A stretch of 55,823 bases of DNA, the filler included, from Basidioascus undulatus (lineage: Eukaryota), in NCBI GenBank assembly GCA_000826855.1. It is 4 parts of 4 records of this genome, joined end to end, with 100 filler letters (N's around TTAATTAATTAA, not from the genome) between each part and the next. Parts side by side here need not be neighbours in the genome. Positions count along the whole stretch, not along the records: positions 1 to 13,887 come from JTLS01000774.1; 3 more parts are not named here. The stretch is one strand, 5' to 3'. The notes under the pieces are model-generated. The model was not told the origin of the DNA, did no database searches, and saw only the letters and a program-made list of their open reading frames with translations. The position numbers and the translations under genes were made by a program. This document shows positions 1 to 10,520 of this stretch, piece after piece; positions within the stretch are counted from its first letter, which is position 1, and the number at the start of each line of letters is the position of its first letter.

Positions 1-2205
1 CCTTCGTTGGCATGTCCGGCGGCGAGATCTTCCACGAGATGATGCTCCGGCACGGTGTGAAGCACGTATTCGGCTACCCGGGCGGGGCGATCCTCCCCGT
101 CTTTGACGCCATCTACAACTCGCCCCACTTTGACTTTGTCCTCCCCCGCCACGAGCAAGGCGCGGGCCACATGGCGGAGGGGTACGCGCGCGTGTCGGGC
201 AAGCCGGGTGTTGTTCTGGTGACGTCCGGACCGGGCGCGACCAACACGATCACCCCGCTCCAGGACGCCCTGAGCGATGGGATCCCCATGGTTGTGTTCT
301 GTGGCCAGGTCGCGACGAGCGCGATCGGCTCCGACGCGTTCCAAGAGGCGGACGTGATTGGCATCTCGCGCTCGTGCACCAAGTGGAACGTCATGGTCAA
401 GAACATCAACGAGCTGTGCGTGCGCCCTGTCCTTTTCATTATTCTGCCTTGCTGACACTGTTCGTTGGCAGCCCCCGCCGCATCAACGAGGCATTCAAGA
501 TCGCGACGTCCGGGCGTCCCGGCCCTGTCCTCGTCGACCTGCCGAAGGACGTGACCGCCGGCATTCTTCGCGATGCCCTCCCCTTCAAGGCGACGCACCC
601 GCACCACACGCCTGACCTCCCCTCGCCCCCCACGCTCGTGCCCGGCGCGGCAGGCCCGGACGTCGCGGGCATCGCGGCCGCCGCAGCTCTGATCAACCAG
701 GCGAAGCGGCCCATCATCTACGCGGGCAACGGCATCCTCAACGACGTCAACGGCCCGGCGCTCCTCCGCGAGCTCGCGGACAAGGGCAACATCCCCGTCA
801 CGACCACCCTCCAGGGCCTCGGCGCGTACGACGAGATGGAGGAGAAGAGCCTGCACATGCTCGGCATGCACGGGAGCGCGTACGCAAACCTCGCGATGCA
901 GGAGGCCGACGTCATCATCGCGCTCGGTGCACGGTTCGACGACCGCGTGACGGGCAAGGTGGACAGTGGGTCTCCTCTCCTCTCCTCCCTCTCCCACCGC
1001 CCCACTTCCTAACCCCTTGTGTGTGTGTGCAGCCTTCGCGCCCGCCGCCCGCGCCGCCGCGCTCCATGGCCGGGGCGGGATCATCCACTTTGAGATCCAG
1101 CCCAAGAACATCAACAAGGTCGTGCAGGCGACGATCGCCGTCTCGGGCGACGTCACCTCCAACCTCTCGCACCTCGTCCACCAGGTCGCGCACGCGCCCC
1201 GCACCGAGTGGTTCGACAAGATCCGCGCGTGGAAGGCCCGCTACCCGTTCACGTTCGAGGCGAGCGACGGCGTCGGCAAGCTCAAGCCGCAGGAGGTCAT
1301 TGAGGAGCTCGACCGCCAGGTGAAGGACGTGAAGAACGAGGTCATCGTCTCTACGGGCGTCGGGCAGCACCAGATGTGGGCCGCCCAGCACTACAGGTGG
1401 AGGAGCCCGAGGACGATGGGTGTGTTTCCCCTTCTTTCCCATCTTCCTCTCCCGTCGCTCCTGTCCGTACTCCCGGTTCCCCGTGCTGACAAAGAACGTC
1501 GGTGGGAACAGTCACCTCCGGCGGTCTCGGCACGATGGGCTTTGGTCTCCCCTCCGCGATCGGCGCCAAAGTCGCCGCGCCCGAGAAGATCGTCGTCGAC
1601 ATCGACGGCGACGCGTCGTTTTCCATGACCGCGATGGAGCTCCAGACGGCGTCGCAGTACAACATCGGCGTCAAGGTCATGGTCCTCAACAACGAGTTCC
1701 AGGGCATGGTCCTGCAGTGGCAGGGTGCGTCTTCCCTTCTCTCCCTCCTTCTCCCCTCTCCTCCCTCCTCTTTCTTCCCTCTTCCTTTTTTCCACTACCC
1801 TCTTTTCGCCGATCCTGATCCCGATGCACGGAGCAGATCTCTTCTACGACAACCGGTACTCGCACACGGCGATGACGAACCCGGACTTCTGCAAGCTCGC
1901 CGAGTCGATGGGCGTGCACGCCATCCGCGTCACCAGCCTCACCGAGCTCCCCGCAAAGATGAAGGAGTTCCTCGAGTACCCGAACGACAGGCCCGTCCTC
2001 CTCGAGGCCACCGTCGTCAAGAACGAGCACGTGTACCCGTGCGTCTTCCTTCTCCTCCTGGTCTTTATCTGTTTTGGGTTTGTGAAGGCTGACTCTTACT
2101 CGCGGCGTTCGTTGGTTGGATAGTATGGTCGCCGCTGGCAAGGCCCTCCACGAGCAGATCGTCCACCCCAAGCTGCGCGACGCGGCACCCGTGCCCAAGG
2201 CGTAA
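1..2205 (+). CDS. ILV2: Acetolactate synthase (AHAS) catalytic subunit, 5'-truncated at window/contig start; 5 GT-AG introns
   Basis: Spliced translation: [70 protein letters not shown], ThDP motif GDASFSMT...LNN, GMVLQWQ; stop TAA 2203-2205. Frame is open to base 3, mitochondrial presequence lies outside the window. Confidence 0.97.
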
Positions 2206-3002
2206 TCGCGTCTTCTCATTCCTCCTCCTTCTCTTCCCCTTCACCCTCCCCGCACTTTCTCTCTCCCTCTCCCACTCATCGGACGAGCTTCGCATTCCTC
2301 CCTCCAAAACAGCTCTGCTAAACCACTACCTTCACCTCAGCTTCGGAACAACCCATCCCTTCTCTTTTTCTGAGCCAACAACATTACCTTTGCATATTCC
2401 GCTTTCATTTTCCCTGTCACGACTTGGTTACATTTGGGCGACGCTCGCGCTCGACGCTCTCGCCTATTGATGCTGTATTGTATGGTCTCGCTTCCTGGAT
2501 CTGATCGCTCGCTGTCTATATTACCGATCTCTGTTCCTGTCTCTGTCTTCTGTCCCTGCGTGTTCGGTGCTGTTGGGATTGGGGACGGGAAGTCGAACAT
2601 GAAGAGCGGCAAAGGTTCGAGGCCGTGTTGAGCGAAAGGAGTGGACTAGCGAGCGACTGAAGAGCGCGAAGTCAGGAGTGTCGGGCGAAGCAAGTGCTCA
2701 CTGCAGTCCGCTTCGGCGTCTACGACACAGCAGCAGACGCGTGCAACGTCAGATCGTGCACATCCATTGCAAAGACAGGAGAAGCTAGTAACGTAGAAAA
2801 GAGAATACTAAGCGAATACAACTCCCGGGCAGTGGCAAATCACAATATACGAGTGCAAGACCTTCAAAGTCCTCCAGGAGAAAGCTTCAGAACGCTCTCC
2901 GAGAGTCCAGTCCAGTCCATGAGTCCGAATAGTACAACAGTCAACGAGCAGAAGAAACGTTCCATATCCGTATTTGTTGAGCGCAGTTGTCGGTGGGGCG
3001 GC

Positions 3003-6000
3003 TCAGCAAGAGCCGCCGACTGCGAAGCACGTCCGTCAGTCGGTGAGTGATGGACGCTCGGCGAAATGGAAATGCGCACGCGCATAGCGGTTGCGAGGCA
3101 TTGTCTGTCCGTAGTCATCGACCCACGTTGTCAAATTGGGGCTGAACGTGATAGAAGAGTTGCGGTCAGTCGGATGACGGATTAACGACGCAGCGGCTCG
3201 AGTGGACGGACTTGGTGTACGCCTCGATATACTGGTTGATGTCTGTTCGCGACAGGCTTCTCAACGGGGGCTGTCGGGCTTGCGGAGGGTTCTTATGATG
3301 AGATTGCTTACAGTCGGAGGTAGGATACTTCTTCGGGTCGCAGCCGATGTTGATGGCGTCCGCGGGTTGGTAGACTGCGAGTTAGAGCCACAGACGAGTT
3401 TATGAGCGCTCTAGGACGTGCTGGGGCTACTGTAATGCCAGGAAGCTTACCTCGAACCCAGTCGACATACATAATGGCCGGGAACATCAAGCCTTCGTAG
3501 TCGACGGCGCCGAAGTTCTCGGACTGCGGAAGACGACAAGTCAGTGCGGGCTTCGATTTGTCGAGGCACCTGGCTATTCGGGGGACAGACGCACGAGGCC
3601 GAGGTTGAGTATTAGGTACATACTGGATAATCGTCAGTGTCAGTCAGATGAGAATGGTTGCAACGAGTGGGTGGGGTGCCAGACGTACGGCTCGTAAGGG
3701 ATCTTGCGCTCTGCAATTTGTGCCACAATGTCCAGTCCAACGCCGGTCGCCTCGAGGCGCCAGCTCATCGTGCCGTTCGTGTACCATTCCTACCAGTACA
3801 TTCAATACTCATTGAGAGGGCACCCCATAACCAAAGCAGAAGAAACGTGTATCGCACAATGTATCCCTTGTCTCCCGTTTGATACCGGAAGGAGTACTCG
3901 CTGTAGCAGGACGCATCCGGCGTTGGATAGACGCCGCTGTAGCCTGTCGATAGAGCCGGAGCATTCAGCAAAAGGCTCAAAAGCGCAAAGGAAGCAAGAC
4001 ATGCAATTCTGGTTGGTCGTGGCGATGCCCGAGGTGGCCTGCTGGAAAACTATCGGCGGAAACAGAAGAATCAGCCAGTGTGTCTGGCACAGGGGAACCC
4101 CCTTGTTTCGCACCTCCACCCTGGACTGTTAAAATGGAAGACCAAAAGTGTGTGAGCTTGGTGGTAAGCTTGAGGAATTATGGCGGACCACTCACAGGTG
4201 TTCAGATACGTGCCCTCATAGAGCGCGTAGGTCGACGACGTATTTGTCCACTGCATGTTAAAACAGGAAGTATTAGTTCAGTTGTATCACGATGCGCAGA
4301 CTTGAGCGACGGACCGTATAGTTCGCGTTGAACGGTGCCCACTAACGCGGGGTATATCAGCTCCCCCCGGGCGTTGTCTGAGCTTCATGCACAACGCACC
4401 TGGGCCGATTGGCTGACGTGCCCTGTCAGAGTTGACTGGTCCACTTGCGCTTCAAAAACTGCACATTAGATCGACTTCAGTGTCTGCTATATCGCTCTCT
4501 CCGGCGAAATCCCAAGACGCCGTGTCACGAACCGTCGATTTCCGGGGCGCTCCGCCCTACGAACTCTCCCGTCCTCTTGTCTATAGGGCCAGGGTGGCTC
4601 TCGTCTGGGCATGTGCAGCGCGAAAGACGCTGTCCTGGGAGGTAAGACAGCACGCCTTCGTAGTACGGGTCGCCCACCATGTTGTCGGCGACCTCGGCCG
4701 GAAATCCGTTGAGCGACTGGTTTGCGACCGTCTAGGCACCCGAGATGGTCAATTAGATTTAGAGGGTAAATTTTTCACAATAAGGACGGATACGTACGCC
4801 GACATCGCCTATAGACGGCGGCGGTGTCAAGCAGCGGCATGTTGGAGGGGAAAGGGAGGCGTACAGGCGTCGTAAGAGTAAGGCCTGCGAAAGAGTTGCA
4901 CTCTCCCATAACCTTATGATTGCATAAATGAAGGGCCCAGATAATCAACGAACCACATGCCCTCGAGCGAGGCGCCGTAACCCGCACGGCCCAAGTTCTG
5001 TCAAACTCCTTGTTAATAGCGGTCTGCCGCTGGTACACAGCGAACAAACGTACTCCCCTGTGAGAGCACGGGGCGTCAGCGACAATGTTCCAGCTAGTTA
5101 AAGAATAAAGAATGCGGACATGGACCACGACGCGGGCCAAAGTCCCCAGACGGTGGGTTCTCCAGGCAGAGAGATCGACGCTGCATCCGGGAACCGCGCG
5201 TGCTCGTCAGCTGCAGTCTGCCAAAACGCACCGCGCTAGGCACACACCGGTAAGAATGCCTCCGCTGAAGCAAAACCTATTTTATCGATGTTCAGTAATG
5301 GTGATTTGATTAAACAAAGAATCACAGAACCCACTTGTTCCACGTGCTCATCATGCCTCCCTCGTAGTTGAGGTTGTGGGAAGGGCGTTCATCCAGCCGG
5401 ATAGCAAGTTTGCCGCCCTCCGTCGTTATCTGCCTTGGGTCGTACCACTCGAGGTTGTTAGTTTGCCTACAGAAACCATCTCCTATTGCTCAGCGCTCAG
5501 TTGAGACGGTGACTATGTTGCCTATAGAGATACCAGTAATGCAAGTTGACCGCTTCCCAGTAAGGGTCGTCCCCTGGAGAATGTGACCGCATCATGTGAG
5601 CTTCTGTAAACCAAACCCGAATGCACCGAGTCTTTACCTGGATAGAACGTGCGTCCTTCCTCGTTGAATTCATCGGAGAAGACTAGCTGGCTTGTTGAGA
5701 GGGAAACCCGGTGTTAGGGGCACAGTTCGCATGGAAATCGAAACCGACGCACTAAACAGACCCATCAACTGCAGTACGGGTGTGTTCCGAAGTCGGTGTG
5801 TCCTTGTCGATTAGACCAAAGTTGTTCCCATAGAGAGGAATCTGTTACACTCATGTGTCGTTAGGGGCAGACAGGCTAGGACCGCTTGCGCCCGACAGGA
5901 AGGTCGCACACCTGTCCTGTGCCGTTGACCCCTCCCTTTTTAATTTGCGGAAGCCTCCGTGAGCAAACATTCACGCAATAGAGAAATCCCAAGACTGAAC

Positions 6001-6885
6001 TAGGTTGTACGCTCCTGCATCCCTCTATCGCAAGTCAGCGTCCATGCCTTGAATTGCGCAAAGTTAACACGCACCCCTTGTCGACCACTTATTCCTTCGC
6101 AAGTATGTGGTAACGGGGTATCCGAGGAAGAGCATGACAAGTGCGAGGATGAGGAGAAGCATGCATCCGATGTTGAGCAGCCCTCTTCTCGTGAACATCG
6201 TCCCGCCATGACTATCCTTTCGATCTCGGGTTGGATTAGGATTATGAATCCAGTCATCAGGTTCTGTGGTGATGATGGTCTGTTTTGGTTTCCGAGCAGC
6301 ATCGAAAGCAACGGGGACGCGGCGTACCTGGTCGTCCTTCATATGCGCCCCAAAAGGCCTAGATGAGAAGAGCGTCAGCGGAGGAGGCCAATGCGACCTC
6401 AGAGTGTGGCAAACCTACCGGATCGGAAGAAACAGTGTATTTTTCAGAAAGCGATTGGTCGTTGAGTAACGGTGCGGAGCCGGAACGAGCGTTGCGGTAG
6501 TGCTGGAGGAGTGGGCGCTCAGCCTTGATTCATCCAAGGTGGCTTAGCCGACGAGGACGGGTTGAGCATGCTTGCGCAACATTCATAAGCAGCTTTCAGT
6601 GCCCTGAAGTCTCTCATGCCAGAGTTCATCACCGACAACGATTTTGCGAGTTTCAACGAACGCGAAACGCGAAGACGCCCCGCAACTGAGCCCCACACGC
6701 ACGTCCCTTCCCCCGCTCCTTCGCTCGGTGCCTGAGCTCCACTACGCCAGCGCCAAACCGCGTATCATATGCCAAACACAGTCCAGTTTTCAACTCACCT
6801 GCGACCGGCCTGGTCCTCTTGAGGAGATGCTGTCCATCGGCGTATACGATGGACCCTGCCCGAGCAGGGGCGTCGATGGCGGCAT
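3003..6885 (-). CDS. KRE6: KRE6/SKN1-family beta-glucan synthesis-associated protein (GH16, type II membrane protein); highly intron-fragmented
   Basis: Spliced translation: EPDDWIHNP, single TM ([25 protein letters not shown]), [54 protein letters not shown]16 catalytic [27 protein letters not shown]; stop TGA 3003-3005. Start ATG 6885 is the best guess; KRE6 vs SKN1 orthology not resolvable. Confidence 0.9.
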
Positions 6886-7965
6886 CTCAGCGGTATGATG
6901 AGTGAGGCTTGATGATCGAGCCCGTTCCAACGAGATAAGATAATGATGGGTCCCGTGAAGAAAGCGTGGTCGGGAGGATGTACCCAAGCGTCTTGGCTGG
7001 ATGTTAGATGGTACTGGGCAAAGAGAGTGCTTCCGGCTGGGCGGGTGCGCCGGCGTGGGCAGGCGAAGACCGGCCGATCCAATAGCCTCGCGACGTCTCG
7101 TAGGACCATCGTCCCCTAAATACGCGTGTCATTCGATGCCCCAGCTCGGCATTATAACTTCATCTGAGAAGCTTGGTGCTTCCCAACCAGTTCTTATACA
7201 GGATGCACTTTTTCCGAATGAGTATATGTACTCCTCCGTACGCCAAAGTCGAATAAGGCAGACGGTTCGGCCCTACCTCGGTGTCCCAATAAGAGCACCA
7301 TACGCGACTGTCGTGCCAACCCTCCATAGATTTATCCCACCTTTCACGAACCAACCTTCGGCTTTTTATGGAGCGGGCGACTCTTGTGAAAAGCTGAAGA
7401 GCGTGTTCTGCTCACCGTCTACGTCTCAAGCACCGACGCGTCCTGGCGGTAGCAGCCTGTGCGAGTTCGTCGGTGTCAGGAACCTTGAATATTCAGTGAT
7501 ATAGGGGCTGGTAAAAGGATGGAAGAGGCAAACATGGGGCGGGAGGATGTCGTTCAGGAGCAGCTCAAGAAGGCAACGACGTGAAGAAGCAGCGAGCCTT
7601 GGTCATCTTGTATGGACCAGACTTGCCAAGGAAGTTACATCATTGTGTATGCCGGCGGTTAAGGTTTCAGGTTGAACCTTTCATAATTTCAAAACATGGT
7701 AGCAATCGGGGCAGTCGGAAGGGCAGTTCCGCGTGTACTGGCTGGCCCAAGGAGACTGACGAAGACCACTCCACATCAAATATCTTTCACATTAGCACGG
7801 CTTTGAACACACTTCCATGCCTCGTCGTGGAAACAAGGCTGTGTCCCGCATTCGGGTGGAGTCAGGCACGCTCTCAAACAGCGAGACATCTCGATTCAAT
7901 AGACCAAAGCGTCAACTACCAGACAACCCTTCAAAAATGAGAGCAGATGAACCCCTCTCAACCGA

Positions 7966-9695
7966 TCAGTGCGACAGTTCCGGCACCATCTCTCCCGGCG
8001 TAGTCGGCTGCTCCTTCTCAACCTTCTCCGAGGCGTTTTGCTCGTTCGACGATCCAGCAGATGTCCTGCGCTCCGCGATGCGCTTGCCTGCCGCAGAGCG
8101 AATCCCGCAGAACGCGACGCGTCCTTCGGACCATTTAGCATGGACGAGGACGAGGGCGACGATGAGCCAGTAGGCGATCTGTCCAGTGGTTTCAGAGGTG
8201 AGAGATCATCATCGCGATACGACTGCCGGAGGAGATGCGTACGTAGCAAAGCACCGTCGAGTACGTTCCCGTGTTGTTCCACCCTATTGTGCGGAGACGC
8301 CGTCAGTCTCATACAACTGGGGGACCTATTAAGGTTGAACGGACCGAGGATGGCATTGAAGATACTCCATCCACCAGCGCTCGCCGTTTTGGGCTCCGGG
8401 TTGCCGTACGTGAAGTGGAAGATAGAGTGCGTGTAGCGGTAAGATCCTGCATGGCAGTTGTTAATGAGCTGCTAAATGGGTGCAACGATTGAGCAGGAAT
8501 GAAATGGAACCTACCGGGACCATCGCCAGTTTCTCCAACATCACCCCCGACGCCGGTGTTGTAGACGTAGGTCTGGAGTGGAGCAAATGAGTTATTCGCA
8601 TTGGCAGACGCAATCTGTATACGGTCCTGGCGTACCTCAAAGTACCATGCACAGCGCGTGAACAGACCAGCACCGACGAGGAACAGGATTGCGGTAGAGG
8701 CGACAAGGAACCATCTTTCAGACGGAAAAGATTGCGGATATCAGCTATCTCTGCATGGTCACGCTCGGATATCTTTGACGCACCTCAGGTTACGCAGCCC
8801 ACTACCCGAACGGTAGATGGCGAAGCCGACACAAGCTCCAGCGATGAGACCGACTACGACGGCGAGCGGAATGGAAGTCGCCTTCTCCGTGAGGGAGACG
8901 CCGCCGACGAAGACAACGGCCTCGAGGCCCTCGCGTAGGACGGTGATGAACGGCAAGAGGAAGAGCGCGTATTTGGACGACCGCGACCCGTCCTGGTTCT
9001 GCGCCTCGAAAGCGTGCGCAAGCTTGACACGCCACTTTGCCTGAAGACAGTACCAGCAGGGCTCAGCTGACTTGAAATCGCAAGAGGGCCGGCAGTCAAG
9101 CGGAGCGGAGAAGAAAAGACTGACCTGGGCGCGATCCATTTTCAAGAACGCAACGCCCATGGACAAAATCATGATGGCAGCGATGAGCGCGAAGACGCCC
9201 TCCCAGATGTACTCGGTTGCACCCCACACTCAAGAACCGCCGGATCGCATAAGCGGGAGAAGTCGTTGCTTCAGTATGGATTGCACTCACAGTCGCGCAG
9301 CTTGGTGTAGAACACAGCGATGAAAGCGGCGCCGACGGCCAATGCAACGAAGAAACCGACGCCTGCTCCAAGCCAAATCTATGAAACAGAAAGTGAGCAC
9401 TGCTGGGCAGTATGATGTCTATTGTGAGGAGGGCCTTGCGTACCTGCACCCGCAGCCGCTTCAGCAGCCGAGCGACCCTCGCAGAGTTCTCCTCAGCATC
9501 GCCGCCCTGGCTACTCCCTCCCGAAGCCTTGTCCCCTGCGCCGGTGTCCTCCTCGTTGTCCGACGGTCCATCGAGCGACCCGGTCGTGATCATCTGCTTC
9601 ACGAAGGCGAGCAGGACCGAAATGATGATGGCCGCCTCGATCGTCTCGCGGAAAACGATGAAGAAGATGGGGACCGAGAAGACGTCGCGAGCCAT
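7966..9695 (-). CDS. FTR1: High-affinity iron permease FTR1
   Basis: [24 protein letters not shown] and second REXXE motif [16 protein letters not shown]; multiple TM segments; GWNNTGTY near C-terminus; all exons joined in frame with GT-AG introns; stop TGA 7966-7968. Confidence 0.96.
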
Positions 9696-9841
9696 TTTTG
9701 CAAAAGACCGCCGGTGCGGATACGATGAGAGCAGGAAAGATGAAAAGACGAAGCACAGGCAAGGGTGGCAGGAGAGAGAAGAAAGGTTGCGCACTTTGCG
9801 CCAATCTGCTCGGGCAAGCGTCGGACACGCCGGCCCCTCGG

Positions 9842-9850
9842 TTATCAGAT
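9842..9850 (-). promoter_or_regulatory. ATCTGATAA iron-responsive GATA repressor site (SreA/Urbs1/Fep1 type), 147 bp upstream of FTR1 ATG
   Basis: TTATCAGAT on + strand = exact reverse complement of ATCWGATAA consensus, inside FTR1-FET3 intergenic region. Confidence 0.75.
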
Positions 9851-10228
9851 TTCGAAGATCTCAGGGCCAACCCGACGCCCATGCGCGAGGCGCGGTGCTT
9901 TTTTAGACACGGCGTCGCGAGCTTTCGAGCAGACAACAGCAACAGGCAGCCTGCCACGTGTATGACACGACAAGCCGTTGCTCGCTGATGCTCTTTTCCG
10001 TCGTTGCACCTCGAGTGTACTCACAGTCTTGTGGTACACACAGGAGCAGGCCAGTGTACAGACTACGCACTGGCGCGCACAAAGCACAGGGCATGCTTCA
10101 CAGCGCGCTCTCCAGAGCTTCGGTCTAGGCCAAAGCGCCTCATGTCCATTCATTCGAGTGGCTTCTCGTCCCATCTTTATGACCCGATCTGGATGGAAGT
10201 GGCTGCTTCGGAAGAACTTGGAATTGAT

Positions 10229-10237
10229 ATCTGATAA
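10229..10237 (+). promoter_or_regulatory. ATCTGATAA iron-responsive GATA repressor site
   Basis: Exact ATCWGATAA match (context gatATCTGATAAg) in the FTR1-FET3 bidirectional promoter. Confidence 0.75.
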
Positions 10238-10382
10238 GCATGCAACCTGGACGGCTGTATCGGCCGCAACGTCGAAAGCACTGCTGGAGGAGGGGAAACC
10301 CATTGAAAAGCCACCAGCGAGGCGCAGCCCTGACCGAGCTATTTCTGGCGGAGACAGAAAAGCCCCCTGACGGAGAGCGCGT

Positions 10383-10397
10383 TTATCCATCTGATAC
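10383..10397. promoter_or_regulatory. Composite near-consensus GATA site (TTATC + ATCTGATAC)
   Basis: TTATCcATCTGATAC about 125 bp upstream of FET3 ATG; 8/9 match to ATCWGATAA plus an opposed GATAA core. Confidence 0.5.
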
Positions 10398-10520
10398 AAA
10401 AATCTAATCGGTCTGGGAAGCCCGGACATCTGTGAGCGAGAGCTTGGGTCGTCAATCTCACTCTTGCTCGTCTTTTACCCCCGCCTTACTTCGCACTCGA
10501 ACGCTGCCCGTCCGAGGAGA

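Noticed and set aside
113..1219. Long antisense ORFs over GC-rich genes (e.g. 113-1219, 30755-31567, 43273-44415)
   Set aside because: Shadow ORFs expected from high GC3 codon bias; no recognisable protein motifs.
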